Below, piece after piece: positions 14,200 through 31,539 of a stretch of DNA of 64,000 bases. The notes below the pieces were generated by a model. That model did no database searches, was not told the DNA's origin, and saw only the letters and a list, made by a program, of their open reading frames with translations. Source of the DNA: the human T2T-CHM13v2.0 reference genome, Homo sapiens; the NCBI RefSeq assembly GCF_009914755.1, contig NC_060939.1, one strand, 5' to 3'. The number at the start of each line of letters is the position of its first letter. Position 1 is the first letter of the stretch. Made by a program: the position numbers and the translations under genes.

Positions 14200-14489
14200 G
14201 CTCAGGCCTGTAATCCCAGCAAATTTGGAGGCCAAGGCAAGGGGATCACAAGGTAAAGAGATCAAGACCATCCTGGCCAATACAGTGAAACGCTGTCACT
14301 ACTAAAAATCCAAAAAATTAGCTAGGCATTGTGGCAGCTGGTGTAGTCCCAGTGTGGTGTAGTCCAAGCTACCTGGGAGGCTGAGGGAGGGCAATCGCTT
14401 GAACCCGTGAGGCAGATGTTGCAGTGAGCAAATTTGGTGCCATTGTACTCCACCCTGTGCAACAGGACAACACTCTGTCTAAAAAAAAA
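14200..14489 (+). mobile_element. Alu copy, U6
   Basis: Same sequence as 1973-2262. Confidence 0.95.
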
Positions 14490-16639
14490 TTATATATGAT
14501 ATATGTTATATGTTATGTAATATGCTTTATATGTAATATATAACCTCATATATATTATATGTCATAATATATAATAGTTATCCTGTGTCATATTATATAT
14601 ATTATATATTTCATAACATATATAATATATAATACATATTATACATCTTATATATGAAAATATGTAATTAGAGATAAAATAACATATAGTTATATATAAT
14701 ATGATATATAACATATATACTATATCATATATGATATATAATATATAATTTTTTATTGCATATTATAATTCATATATATTATAATTTATATAATGATATA
14801 ATTATTTATATAATATAAATAATTATACATGCTTATATAATTATATATAATATAAATAATAATATATATAATTACATATTCATATCGTTATATATAATAA
14901 TACATTTCATATGTAATTATATATATCATATAATAGACAACACACCTAATATATAATATATAATATATATTATACAATATAGGATACAAAAGATGTATGA
15001 TATATAAGATATCATAATATAATATATATTTTAACATTATGTATGTAACATGTAATATGTGATATATAAAATAAATTATGTAATATAAAATAATATAATA
15101 TAATATATACTATATTAAGGTATATTATGTAAAGTATGTAATAAAATTATAAGTAACATAATATATAGTTATATATATTATCTTATGTATTTACATAGAG
15201 TATTATACAGTTATATATAATTTTAAATTGTTATATATAATTTAATATAAAACAAATATAATATATATCATAACATATATATTGTATACCATATATATAT
15301 TATGTATCATATATTGTATGTTATATATTATATATTCTATATCATATATCATATATTATATGTTATATATATCACATTCCACATTTTGTATATTATAAAT
15401 TATATACAATATATGACATGTATTATATTATATATAATAAATTATACATTATATGTAACATAGTATATATTATATGTAACATGTATATTCTATGTAAAAT
15501 ATATAATATATAACATATTACATATAATTAATAACATAGACATATAATATATATTTAACATATGTACTATATATACAACGTATTATACATATACTATATA
15601 ATATATATTATATATATGGCATAAAATATAATATATATTATATGTCATATTTTATATATACAATTATATATTATTATATGTTATTTTATATTATCTATAA
15701 CATAGATATAATATATATACCTATAATGTATATTACATATAACGTAGATATTATATATAATATATATAATGTATATTATATATAACGTAGATATTATATA
15801 TAATATATATAATGTATATTATATATTTAATACGTATATTAACCATATAATATATTCTATATATGATATATAATATATATTATATATGTCATAAAATATA
15901 ATATATATTATATGTCATTGTATAAATATAATACTTATATATTATCAATTATTATATTACATTTAATATATATAATATAAGATGCAGGATGTGAAACAAT
16001 ATTATATATATGTTATTTATATTATATATATGATACTATATATTATTGTATACATAATGTGTATATATATTTGTGGGTGCCCTATTTCCCATCTCATAAC
16101 TTGTTTTAAGAAGCGCAGCATAATAATGTGTGGGCTTGGGATTCAGTTTTTGAAACAAAACACTGAGCCTTCAATGACCTTTCGGTCTATGTAGAAGCGC
16201 TCCTGTCTTCGTGGCAGCAGTTGGACCTCACAATGTGGATTGTGCCGTCACCCTGCAATGTTTATGCCCTATCGCCATGGTGACGGGATTAGGGATCTCC
16301 TGCTCTTGGTCCTAAAGGCCACTGTCTGTGCTGTGTTTTTCAAAGGTCAGCACAGAGTGAACCTTTGTGGTTTTATTTTCCCTGAGTTTGATTTTTCTCA
16401 TGGGGAACCTGTGGTGCTGCTTTGAAGGTATATTCATACTGGCCTTTCAAATGCCAACTCTTCAAATTACTAGTTAATGCTTTCAAAGTATGTTATTTCA
16501 AAAATTATCCTCCGTATTTTCCATATGCAGTTATAAATATGTTTCATGGTTATGTTTCATTCCTCAGTTTATATATTTGATTATTGTACCAAGCAGAGTA
16601 CCTTTGAAATTTTTTTTCATCTAAAAAATATGTAAATTA

Positions 16640-16929
16640 GCTCAGGCCTGTAATCCCAGCAAATTTGGAGGCCAAGGCAAGGGGATCACAAGGTAAAGAG
16701 ATCAAGACCATCCTGGCCAATACAGTGAAACGCTGTCACTACTAAAAATCCAAAAAATTAGCTAGGCATTGTGGCAGCTGGTGTAGTCCCAGTGTGGTGT
16801 AGTCCAAGCTACCTGGGAGGCTGAGGGAGGGCAATCGCTTGAACCCGTGAGGCAGATGTTGCAGTGAGCAAATTTGGTGCCATTGTACTCCACCCTGTGC
16901 AACAGGACAACACTCTGTCTAAAAAAAAA
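16640..16929 (+). mobile_element. Alu copy, U7
   Basis: Same sequence as 1973-2262. Confidence 0.95.
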
Positions 16930-19075
16930 TTATATATGATATATGTTATATGTTATGTAATATGCTTTATATGTAATATATAACCTCATATATATTATAT
17001 GTCATAATATATAATAGTTATCCTGTGTCATATTATATATATTATATATTTCATAACATATATAATATATAATACATATTATACATCTTATATATGAAAA
17101 TATGTAATTAGAGATAAAATAACATATAGTTATATATAATATGATATATAACATATATACTATATCATATATGATATATAATATATTTTTATTGCATATT
17201 ATAATTCATATATATTATAATTTATATAATGATATAATTATTTATATAATATAAATAATTATACATGATTATATAATTATATATAATATAAATAATAATA
17301 TATATAATTACATATTCATATCGTTATATATAATAATACATTTCATATGTAATTATATATATCATATAATAGACAACACACCTAATATATAATATATAAT
17401 ATATATTATACAATATAGGATACATAATATGTATGATATATAAGATATCATAATATAATATATATTTTAACATTATGTATGTAACATGTAATATGTGATA
17501 TATAAAATAAATTATGTAATATAAAATAATATAATATAATATATACTATATTAAGGTATATTATGTAAAGTATGTAATAAAATTATAAGTAACATAATAT
17601 ATAGTTGTATATATTATCTTATGTATTTACATAGAGTATTATACAGTTATATATAATTTTAAATTGTTATATATAATTTAATATAAAACAAATATAATAT
17701 ATATCATAACATATATATTGTATACCATATATATATTATGTATCATATATTGTATGTTATATATTATATATTCTATATCATATATCATATATTATGTGTT
17801 ATATGTATCACATTCCACATTTTGTATATTATAAATTATATAAAATATATGACATGTATTATATTATATATAATAAATTATACATTATATGTAACATAGC
17901 ATATATTATATGTAACATGTATATTCTATGTAAAATATATAATATATAACATATTACATATAATTAATAACATAGACATATAATATATATTTAACATATG
18001 TACTATATATACAACGTATTATACATATACTATATAATATATATTATATATATGGCATAAAATATAATATATATTATATGTCATATTTTATATATACAAT
18101 TATATATTATTATATGTTATTTTATATTATCTATAACATAGATATAATATATATACCTATAATGTATATTACATATAACGTAGATATTATATATAATATA
18201 TATAATGTATATTATATATAACGTAGATATTATATATAATATATATAATGTATATTATATATTTAATACGTATACTAACCATATAATATATTCTATATAT
18301 GATATATAATATATATTATATATGTCATAAAATATAATATATATTATATGTCATTGTATAAATATAATACTTATATATTATCAATTATTATATTACATTT
18401 AATATATATAATATAAGATGCAGGATGTGAAACAATATTATATATATGTTATTTATATTATATATATGATACTATATATTATTGTATACATAATGTGTAT
18501 ATATATTTGTGGGTGCCCTATTTCCCATCTCATAACTTGTTTTAAGAAGCGCAGCATAATAATGTGTGGGCTTGGGATTCAGTTTTTGAAACAAAACACT
18601 GAGCCTTCAATGACCTTTCGGTCTATGTAGAAGCGCTCCTGTCTTCGTGGCAGCAGTTGGACCTCACAATGTGGATTGTGCCGTCACCCTGCAATGTTTA
18701 TGCCCTATCGCCATGGTGACGGGATTAGGGATCTCCTGCTCTTGGTCCTAAAGGCCACTGTCTGTGCTGTGTTTTTCAAAGGTCAGCACAGAGTGAACCT
18801 TTGTGGTTTTATTTTCCCTGAGTTTGATTTTTCTCATGGGGAACCTGTGGTGCTGCTTTGAAGGTATATTCATACTGGCCTTTCAAATGCCAACTCTTCA
18901 AATTACTAGTTAATGCTTTCAAAGTATGTTATTTCAAAAATTATCCTCCGTATTTTCCATATGCAGTTATAAATATGTTTCATGGTTATGTTTCATTCCT
19001 CAGTTTATATATTTGATTATTGTACCAAGCAGAGTACCTTTGAAATTTTTTTTCATCTAAAAAATATGTAAATTA

Positions 19076-19365
19076 GCTCAGGCCTGTAATCCCAGCAAAT
19101 TTGGAGGCCAAGGCAAGGGGATCACAAGGTAAAGAGATCAAGACCATCCTGGCCAATACAGTGAAACGCTGTCACTACTAAAAATCCAAAAAATTAGCTA
19201 GGCATTGTGGCAGCTGGTGTAGTCCCAGTGTGGTGTAGTCCAAGCTACCTGGGAGGCTGAGGGAGGGCAATCGCTTGAACCCGTGAGGCAGATGTTGCAG
19301 TGAGCAAATTTGGTGCCATTGTACTCCACCCTGTGCAACAGGACAACACTCTGTCTAAAAAAAAA
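19076..19365 (+). mobile_element. Alu copy, U8
   Basis: Same sequence as 1973-2262. Confidence 0.95.
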
Positions 19366-21511
19366 TTATATATGATATATGTTATATGTTATGTAATATG
19401 CTTTATATGTAATATATAACCTCATATATATTATATGTCATAATATATAATATTTATCCTGTGTCATATTATATATATTATATATTTCATAACATATATA
19501 ATATATAATACATATTATACATCTTATATATGAAAATATGTAATTAGAGATAAAATAACATATAGTTATATATAATATGATATATAACATATATACTATA
19601 TCATATATGATATATAATATATTTTTATTACATATTATAATTCATATATATTATAATTTATATAATGATATAATTATTTATATAATATAAATAATTATAC
19701 ATAATTATATAATTATATATAATATAAATAATAATATATATAATTACATATTCATATCGTTATATATAATAATACATTTCATATGTAATTATATATATCA
19801 TATAATAGACAACACACCTAATATATAATATATAATATATATTATACAATATAGGATACATAATATGTATGATATATAAGATATCATAATATAATATATA
19901 TTTTAACATTATGTATGTAACATGTAATATGTGATATATAAAATAAATTATGTAATATAAAATAATATAATATAATATATACTATATTAAGGTATATTAT
20001 GTAAAGTATGTAATAAAATTATAAGTAACATAATATATAGTTGTATATATTATCTTATGTATTTACATAGAGTATTATACAGTTATATATAATTTTAAAT
20101 TGTTATATATAATTTAATATAAAACAAATATAATATATATCATAACATATATATTGTATACCATATATATATTATGTATCATATATTGTATGTTATATAT
20201 TATATATTCTATATCATATATCATATATTATGTGTTATATGTATCACATTCCACATTTTGTATATTATAAATTATATAAAATATATGACATATATTATAT
20301 TATATATAATAAATTATACATTATATGTAACATAGCATATATTATATGTAACATGTATATTCTATGTAAAATATATAATATATAACATATTACAAATAAT
20401 TAATAACATAGACATATAATATATATTTAACATATGTACTATATATACAACGTATTATACATATACTATATAATATATATTATATATATGGCATAAAATA
20501 TAATATATATTATATGTCATATTTTATATATACAATTATATATTATTATATGTTATTTTATATTATCTATAACATAGATATAATATATATACCTATAATG
20601 TATATTACATATAACGTAGATATTATATATAATATATATAATGTATATTATATATAACGTAGATATTATATATAATATATATAATGTATATTATATATTT
20701 AATACGTATATTAACCATATAATATATTCTATATATGATATATAATATATATTATATATGTCATAAAATATAATATATATTATATGTCATTGTATAAATA
20801 TAATACTTATATATTATCAATTATTATATTACATTTAATATATATAATATAAGATGCAGGATGTGAAACAATATTATATCTATGTTATTTATATTATATA
20901 TATGATACTATATATTATTGTATACATAATGTGTATATATATTTGTGGGTGCCCTATTTCCCATCTCATAACTTGTTTTAAGAAGCGCAGCATAATAATG
21001 TGTGGGCTTGGGATTCAGTTTTTGAAACAAAACACTGAGCCTTCAATGACCTTTCGGTCTATGTAGAAGCGCTCCTGTCTTCGTGGCAGCAGTTGGACCT
21101 CACAATGTGGATTGTGCCGTCACCCTGCAATGTTTATGCCCTATCGCCATGGTGACGGGATTAGGGATCTCCTGCTCTTGGTCCTAAAGGCCACTGTCTG
21201 TGCTGTGTTTTTCAAAGGTCAGCACAGAGTGAACCTTTGTGGTTTTATTTTCCCTGAGTTTGATTTTTCTCATGGGGAAACTGTGTTGCTGCTTTGAAGG
21301 TATATTCATACTGGCCTTTCAAATGCCAACTCTTCAAATTACTAGTTAATGCTTTCAAAGTATGTTATTTCAAAAATTATCCTCCGTATTTTCCATATGC
21401 AGTTATAAATATGTTTCATGGTTATGTTTCATTCCTCAGTTTATATATTTGATTATTGTACCAAGCAGAGTACCTTTGAAATTTTTTTTCATCTAAAAAA
21501 TATGTAAATTA

Positions 21512-21800
21512 GCTCAGGCCTGTAATCCCAGCAAATTTGGAGGCCAAGGCAAGGGGATCACAAGGTAAAGAGATCAAGACCATCCTGGCCAATACAGTGA
21601 AACGCTGTCACTACTAAAAATCCAAAAAATTAGCTAGGCATTGTGGCAGCTGGTGTAGCCCAGTGTGGTGTAGTCCAAGCTACCTGGGAGGCTGAGGGAG
21701 GGCAATCGCTTGAACCCGTGAGGCAGATGTTGCAGTGAGCAAATTTGGTGCCATTGTACTCCACCCTGTGCAACAGGACAACACTCTGTCTAAAAAAAAA
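21512..21800 (+). mobile_element. Alu copy, U9 (1-bp deletion, GTAGCCCAG)
   Basis: Same sequence as 1973-2262 with one base lost. Confidence 0.95.
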
Positions 21801-23944
21801 TTATATATGATATATGTTATATGTTATGTAATATGCTTTATATGTAATATATAACCTCATATATATTATATGTCAAAATATATAATATTTATCCTGTGTC
21901 ATATTATATATATTATATATTTCATAACATATATAATATATAATACATATTATACATCTTATATATGAAAATATGTAATTAGAGATAAAATAACATATAG
22001 TTATATATAATATGATATATAACATATATACTATATCATATATGATATATAATATATTTTTATTACATATTATAATTCATATATATTATAATTTATATAA
22101 TGATATAATTATTTATATAATATAAATAATTATACATAATTATATAATTATATATAATATAAATAATAATATATATAATTACATATTCATATCGTTATAT
22201 ATAATAATACATTTCATATGTAATTATATATATCATATAATAGACAACACACCTAATATATAATATATAATATATATTATACAATATAGGATACATAATA
22301 TGTATGATATATAAGATATCATAATATAATATATATTTTAACATTATGTATGTAACATGTAATATGTGATATATAAAATAAATTATGTAATATAAAATAA
22401 TATAATATAATATATACTATATTAAGGTATATTATGTAAAGTATGTAATAAAATTATAAGTAACATAATATATAGTTATATATATTATCTTATGTATTTA
22501 CATAGAGTATTATACAGTTATATATAATTTTAAATTGTTATATATAATTTAATATAAAACAAATATAATATACATCATAAAATATATATTGTATACCATA
22601 TATATTATGTATCATATATTGTATGTTATATATCATATATTGTATATCATATATCATATATTATATGTTATATGTATCACATTCCACATTTTGTATATTA
22701 TAAATTATATACAATATATGACATATATTATATTATATATAATAAATTATACATTATATGTAACATAGTATATATTATATGTAACATGTATATTCTATGT
22801 AAAATATATAATATATAACATATTACATATAATTAATAACATAGACATATAATATATATTTAACATATGTACTATATATACAACGTATTATACATATACT
22901 ATATAATATATATTATATATATGGCATAAAATATAATATATATTATATGTCATATTTTATATATACAATTATATATTATTATATGTTATTTTATATTATC
23001 TATAACATAGATATAATATATATACCTATAATGTATATTACATATAATGTAGATATTATATATAATATATATAATGTATATTATATATAACGTAGATATT
23101 ATATATAATGTATATAATGTATATTATATATTTAATACGTATACTAACCATATAATATATTCTATATATGATATATAATTTATATTATATATGTCATAAA
23201 ATATAATATATATTATATGTCATTGTATAAATATAATACTTATATATTATCAATTATTATATTACATTTAATATATATAATATAAGATGCAGGATGTGAA
23301 ACAATATTATATATATGTTATTTATATTATATATATGATACTATATATTATTGTATACATAATGTGTATATATATTTGTGGGTGCCCTATTTCCCATCTC
23401 ATAACTTGTTTTAAGAAGCGCAGCATAATAATGTGTGGGCTTGGGATTCAGTTTTTGAAACAAAACACTGAGCCTTCAATGACCTTTCGGTCTATGTAGA
23501 AGCGCTCCTGTCTTCGTGGCAGCAGTTGGACCTCACAATGTGGATTGTGCCGTCACCCTGCAATGTTTATGCCCTATCGCCATGGTGACGGGATTAGGGA
23601 TCTCCTGCTCTTGGTCCTAAAGGCCACTGTCTGTGCTGTGTTTTTCAAAGGTCAGCACAGAGTGAACCTTTGTGGTTTTATTTTCCCTGAGTTTGATTTT
23701 TCTCATGGGGAACCTGTGGTGCTGCTTTGAAGGTATATTCATACTGGCCTTTCAAATGCCAACTCTTCAAATTACTAGTTAATGCTTTCAAAGTATGTTA
23801 TTTCAAAAATTATCCTCCGTATTTTCCATATGCAGTTATAAATATGTTTCATGGTTATGTTTCATTCCTCAGTTTATATATTTGATTATTGTACCAAGCA
23901 GAGTACCTTTGAAATTTTTTTTCATCTAAAAAATATGTAAATTA

Positions 23945-24234
23945 GCTCAGGCCTGTAATCCCAGCAAATTTGGAGGCCAAGGCAAGGGGATCACAAGGTA
24001 AAGAGATCAAGACCATCCTGGCCAATACAGTGAAACGCTGTCACTACTAAAAATCCAAAAAATTAGCTAGGCATTGTGGCAGCTGGTGTAGTCCCAGTGT
24101 GGTGTAGTCCAAGCTACCTGGGAGGCTGAGGGAGGGCAATCGCTTGAACCCGTGAGGCAGATGTTGCAGTGAGCAAATTTGGTGCCATTGTACTCCACCC
24201 TGTGCAACAGGACAACACTCTGTCTAAAAAAAAA
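23945..24234 (+). mobile_element. Alu copy, U10
   Basis: Same sequence as 1973-2262. Confidence 0.95.
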
Positions 24235-26377
24235 TTATATATGATATATGTTATATGTTATGTAATATGCTTTATATGTAATATATAAACTCATATATAT
24301 TATATGTCATAATATATAATAGTTATCCTGTGTCATATTATATATATTATATATTTCATAACATATATAATATATAATACATATTATACATCTTATATAT
24401 GAAAATATGTAATTAGAGATAAAATAACATATAGTTATATATAATATGATATATAACATATATACTATATCATATATGATATATAATATATAATTTTTTA
24501 TTGCATATTATAATTCATATATATTATAATTTATATAATGATATAATTATTTATATAATATAAATAATTATACATGCTTATATAATTATATATAATATAA
24601 ATAATAATATATATAATTACATATTCATATCGTTATATATAATAATACATTTCATATGTAATTATATATATCATATAATAGACAACACACCTAATATATA
24701 ATATATAATATATATTATACAATATAGGATACAAAAGATGTATGATATATAAGATATCATAATATAATATATATTTTAACATTATGTATGTAACATGTAA
24801 TATGTGATATATAAAATAAATTATGTAATATAAAATAATATAATATAATATATACTATATTAAGGTATATTATGTAAAGTATGTAATAAAATTATAAGTA
24901 ACATAATATATAGTTATATATATTATCTTATGTATTTACATAGAGTATTATACAGTTATATATAATTTTAAATTGTTATATATAATTTAATATAAAACAA
25001 ATATAATATACATCATAACATATATATTGTATACCATATATATATTATGTATCATATATTGTATGTTATATATCATATATTGTATATCATATATTATATG
25101 TTATATGTATCACATTCCACATTTTGTATATTATAAATTATATACAATATATGACATATATTATATTATATATAATAAATTATACATTATATGTAACATA
25201 GTATATATTATATGTAACATGTATATTCTATGTAAAATATATAATATATAACATATTACATATAATTAATAACATAGACATATAATATATATTTAACATA
25301 TGTACTATATATACAACGTATTATACATATACTATATAATATATATTATATATATGGCATAAAATATAATATATATTATATGTCATATTTTATATATACA
25401 ATTATATATTATTATATGTTATTTTATATTATCTATAACATAGATATAATATATATACCTATAATGTATATTACATATAACGTAGATATTATATATAATA
25501 TATATAATGTATATTATATATAACGTAGATATTATATATAATATATATAATGTATATTATATATTTAATACGTATATTAACCATATAATATATTCTATAT
25601 ATGATATATAATATATATTATATATGTCATAAAACATAATATATAATATATGTCATTGTATAAATATAATACTTATATATTATCAATTATTATATTACAT
25701 TTAATATATATAATATAAGATGCAGGATGTGAGACAATATTATATATATGTTATTTATATTATATATATGATACTATATATTATTGTATACATAATGTGT
25801 ATATATATTTGTGGGTGCCCTATTTCCCATCTCATAACTTGTTTTAAGAAGCGCAGCATAATAATGTGTGGGCTTGGGATTCAGTTTTTGAAACAAAACA
25901 CTGAGCCTTCAATGACCTTTCGGTCTATGTAGAAGCGCTCCTGTCTTCGTGGCAGCAGTTGGACCTCACAATGTGGATTGTGCCGTCACCCTGCAATGTT
26001 TATGCCCTATCGCCATGGTGACGGGATTAGGGATCTCCTGCTCTTGGTCCTAAAGGCCACTGTCTGTGCTGTGTTTTTCAAAGGTCAGCACAGAGTGAAC
26101 CTTTGTGGTTTTATTTTCCCTGAGTTTGATTTTTCTCATGGGGAACCTGTGGTGCTGCTTTGAAGGTATATTCATACTGGCCTTTCAAATGCCAACTCTT
26201 CAAATTACTAGTTAATGCTTTCAAAGTATGTTATTTCAAAAATTATCCTCTGTATTTTCCATATGCAGTTATAAATATGTTGCATGGTTATGTTTCATTC
26301 CTCAGTTTATATATTTGATTATTGTACCAAGCAGCGTACCTTTGAAATTTTTTTTCATCTAAAAAATATGTAAATTA

Positions 26378-26667
26378 GCTCAGGCCTGTAATCCCAGCAA
26401 ATTTGGAGGCCAAGGCAAGGGGATCACAAGGTAAAGAGATCAAGACCATCCTGGCCAATACAGTGAAACGCTGTCACTACTAAAAATCCAAAAAATTAGC
26501 TAGGCATTGTGGCAGCTGGTGTAGTCCCAGTGTGGTGTAGTCCAAGCTACCTGGGAGGCTGAGGGAGGGCAATCGCTTGAACCCGTGAGGCAGATGTTGC
26601 AGTGAGCAAATTTGGTGCCATTGTACTCCACCCTGTGCAACAGGACAACACTCTGTCTAAAAAAAAA
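26378..26667 (+). mobile_element. Alu copy, U11
   Basis: Same sequence as 1973-2262. Confidence 0.95.
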
Positions 26668-28810
26668 TTATATATGATATATGTTATATGTTATGTAATA
26701 TGCTTTATATGTAATATATAACCTCATATATATTATATGTCATAATATATAATAGTTATCCTGTGTCATATTATATATATTATATATTTCATAACATATA
26801 TAATATATAATACATATTATACATCTTATATATGAAAATATGTAATTAGAGATAAAATAACATATAGTTATATATAATATGATATATAACATATATACTA
26901 TATCATATATGATATATAATATATAATTTTTTATTGCATATTATAATTCATATATATTATAATTTATATAATGATATAATTATTTATATAATATAAATAA
27001 TTATACATGATTATATAATTATATATAATATAAATAATAATATATATAATTACATATTCATATCGTTATATATAATAATACATTTCATATGTAATTATAT
27101 ATATCATATAATAGACAACACACCTAATATATAATATATAATATATATTATACAATATAGGATACAAAAGATGTATGATATATAAGATATCATAATATAA
27201 TATATATTTTAACATTATGTATGTAACATGTAATATGTGATATATAAAATAAATTATGTAATATAAAATAATATAATATAATATATACTATATTAAGGTA
27301 TATTATGTAAAGTATGTAATAAAATTATAAGTAACATAATATATAGTTATATATATTATCTTATGTATTTACATAGAGTATTATACAGTTATATATAATT
27401 TTAAATTGTTATATATAATTTAATATAAAACAAATATAATATACATCATAACATATATATTGTATACCATATATATATTATGTATCATATATTGTATGTT
27501 ATATATCATATATTGTATATCATATATTATATGTTATATGTATCACATTCCACATTTTGTATATTATAAATTATATACAATATATGACATATATTATATT
27601 ATATATAATAAATTATACATTATATGTAACATAGTATATATTATATGTAACATGTATATTCTATGTAAAATATATGATATATAACATATTACATATAATT
27701 AATAACATAGACATATAATATATATTTAACATATGTACTATATATACAACGTATTATACATATACTATATAATATATATTATATATATGGCATAAAATAT
27801 AATATATATTATATGTCATATTTTATATATACAATTATATATTATTATATGTTATTTTATATTATCTATAACATAGATATTATATATATACCTATAATGT
27901 ATATTACATATAACGTAGATATTATATATAATATATATAATGTATATTATATATAACGTAGATATTATATATAATATATATAATGTATATTATATATTTA
28001 ATACGTATATTAACCATATAATATATTCTATATATGATATATAATGTATATTATATATGTCATAAAACATAATATATAATATATGTCATTGTATAAATAT
28101 AATACTTATATATTATCAATTATTATATTACATTTAATATATATAATATAAGATGCAGGATGTGAAACAATATTATATATATGTTATTTATATTATATAT
28201 ATGATACTATATATTATTGTATACATAATGTGTATATATATTTGTGGGTGCCCTATTTCCCATCTCATAACTTGTTTTAAGAAGCGCAGCATAATAATGT
28301 GTGGGCTTGGGATTCAGTTTTTGAAACAAAACACTGAGCCTTCAATGACCTTTCGGTCTATGTAGAAGCGCTCCTGTCTTCGTGGCAGCAGTTGGACCTC
28401 ACAATGTGGATTGTGCCGTCACCCTGCAATGTTTATGCCCTATCGCCATGGTGACGGGATTAGGGATCTCCTGCTCTTGGTCCTAAAGGCCACTGTCTGT
28501 GCTGTGTTTTTCAAAGGTCAGCACAGAGTGAACCTTTGTGGTTTTATTTTCCCTGAGTTTGATTTTTCTCATGGGGAACCTGTGGTGCTGCTTTGAAGGT
28601 ATATTCATACTGGCCTTTCAAATGCCAACTCTTCAAATTACTAGTTAATGCTTTCAAAGTATGTTATTTCAAAAATTATCCTCCGTATTTTCCATATGCA
28701 GTTATAAATATGTTTCATGGTTATGTTTCATTCCTCAGTTTATATATTTGATTATTGTACCAAGCAGAGTACCTTTGAAATTTTTTTTCATCTAAAAAAT
28801 ATGTAAATTA

Positions 28811-29100
28811 GCTCAGGCCTGTAATCCCAGCAAATTTGGAGGCCAAGGCAAGGGGATCACAAGGTAAAGAGATCAAGACCATCCTGGCCAATACAGTGAA
28901 ACGCTGTCACTACTAAAAATCCAAAAAATTAGCTAGGCATTGTGGCAGCTGGTGTAGTCCCAGTGTGGTGTAGTCCAAGCTACCTGGGAGGCTGAGGGAG
29001 GGCAATCGCTTGAACCCGTGAGGCAGATGTTGCAGTGAGCAAATTTGGTGCCATTGTACTCCACCCTGTGCAACAGGACAACACTCTGTCTAAAAAAAAA
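28811..29100 (+). mobile_element. Alu copy, U12
   Basis: Same sequence as 1973-2262. Confidence 0.95.
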
Positions 29101-31249
29101 TTATATATGATATATGTTATATGTTATGTAATATGCTTTATATGTAATATATAACCTCATATATATTATATGTCATAATATATAATAGTTATCCTGTGTC
29201 ATATTATATATATTATATATTTCATAACATATATAATATATAATACATATTATACATCTTATATATGAAAATATGTAATTAGAGATAAAATAACATATAG
29301 TTATATATAATATGATATATAACATATATACTATATCATATATGATATATAATATATAATTTTTTATTGCATATTATAATTCATATATATTATAATTTAT
29401 ATAATGATATAATTATTTATATAATATAAATAATTATACATGCTTATATAATTATATATAATATAAATAATAATATATATAGTTACATATTCATATCGTT
29501 ATATATAATAATACATTTCATATGTAATTATATATATCATATAATAGACAACACACCTAATATATAATATATAATATATATTATACAATATAGGATACAA
29601 AAGATGTATGATATATAAGATATCATAATATAATATATATTTTAACATTATGTATGTAACATGTAATATGTGATATATAAAATAAATTATGTAATATAAA
29701 ATAATATAATATAATATATACTATATTAAGGTATATTATGTAAAGTATGTAATAAAATTATAAGTAACATAATATATAGTTATATATATTATCTTATGTA
29801 TTTACATAGAGTATTATACAGTTATATATAATTTTAAATTGTTATATATAATTTAATATAAAACAAATATAATATACATCATAACATATATATTGTATAC
29901 CATATATATATTATGTATCATATATTGTATGTTATATATTATATATTCTATATCATATATCATATATTATATTTTATATATATCACATTCCACATTTTGT
30001 ATATTATAAATTATATACAATATATGACATGTATTATATTATATATAATAAATTATACATTATATGTAACATAGTATATATTATATGTAACATGTATATT
30101 CTATGTAAAATATATAATATATAACATATTACATATAATTAATAACATAGACATATAATATATATTTAATATATGTACTATATATACAACGTATTATACA
30201 TACTCTATATAATATATATTATATATATGGCATAAAATATAATATATATTATATGTCATATTTCATATATACAATTATATATTATTATATGTTATTTTAT
30301 ATTATATATAACATAGATATAATATATATACCTATAATGTATATTACATATAACGTAGATATTATATATAATATATATAATGTATATTATATATAACGTA
30401 GATATTATATATAATATATATAATGTATATTATATATTTAATACGTATACTAACCATATAATATATTCTATATATGATATATAATATATATTATATATGT
30501 CATAAAATATAATATATATTATATGTCATTGTATAAATATAATACTTATATATTATCAATTATTATATTACATTTAATATATATAATATAAGATGCAGGA
30601 TGTGAAACAATATTATATATATGTTATTTATATTATATATATGATACTATATATTATTGTATACATAATGTGTATATATATTTGTGGGTGCCCTATTTCC
30701 CATCTCATAACTTGTTTTAAGAAGCGCAGCATAATAATGTGTGGGCTTGGGATTCAGTTTTTGAAACAAAACACTGAGCCTTCAATGACCTTTCGGTCTA
30801 TGTAGAAGCGCTCCTGTCTTCGTGGCAGCAGTTGGACCTCACAATGTGGATTGTGCCGTCACCCTGCAATGTTTATGCCCTATCGCCATGGTGACGGGAT
30901 TAGGGATCTCCTGCTCTTGGTCCTAAAGGCCACTGTCTGTGCTGTGTTTTTCAAAGGTCAGCACAGAGTGAACCTTTGTGGTTTTATTTTCCCTGAGTTT
31001 GATTTTTCTCATGGGGAACCTGTGGTGCTGCTTTGAAGGTATATTCATACTGGCCTTTCAAATGCCAACTCTTCAAATTACTAGTTAATGCTTTCAAAGT
31101 ATGTTATTTCAAAAATTATCCTCCGTATTTTCCATATGCAGTTATAAATATGTTGCATGGTTATGTTTCATTCCTCAGTTTATATATTTGATTATTGTAC
31201 CAAGCAGAGTACCTTTGAAATTTTTTTCATCTAAAAAATATGTAAATTA

Positions 31250-31539
31250 GCTCAGGCCTGTAATCCCAGCAAATTTGGAGGCCAAGGCAAGGGGATCACA
31301 AGGTAAAGAGATCAAGACCATCCTGGCCAATACAGTGAAAGGCTGTCACTACTAAAAATCCAAAAAATTAGCTAGGCATTGTGGCAGCTGGTGTAGTCCC
31401 AGTGTGGTGTAGTCCAAGCTACCTGGGAGGCTGAGGGAGGGCAATCGCTTGAACCCGTGAGGCAGATGTTGCAGTGAGCAAATTTGGTGCCATTGTACTC
31501 CACCCTGTGCAACAGGACAACACTCTGTCTAAAAAAAAA
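31250..31539 (+). mobile_element. Alu copy, U13
   Basis: Same sequence as 1973-2262. Confidence 0.95.
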
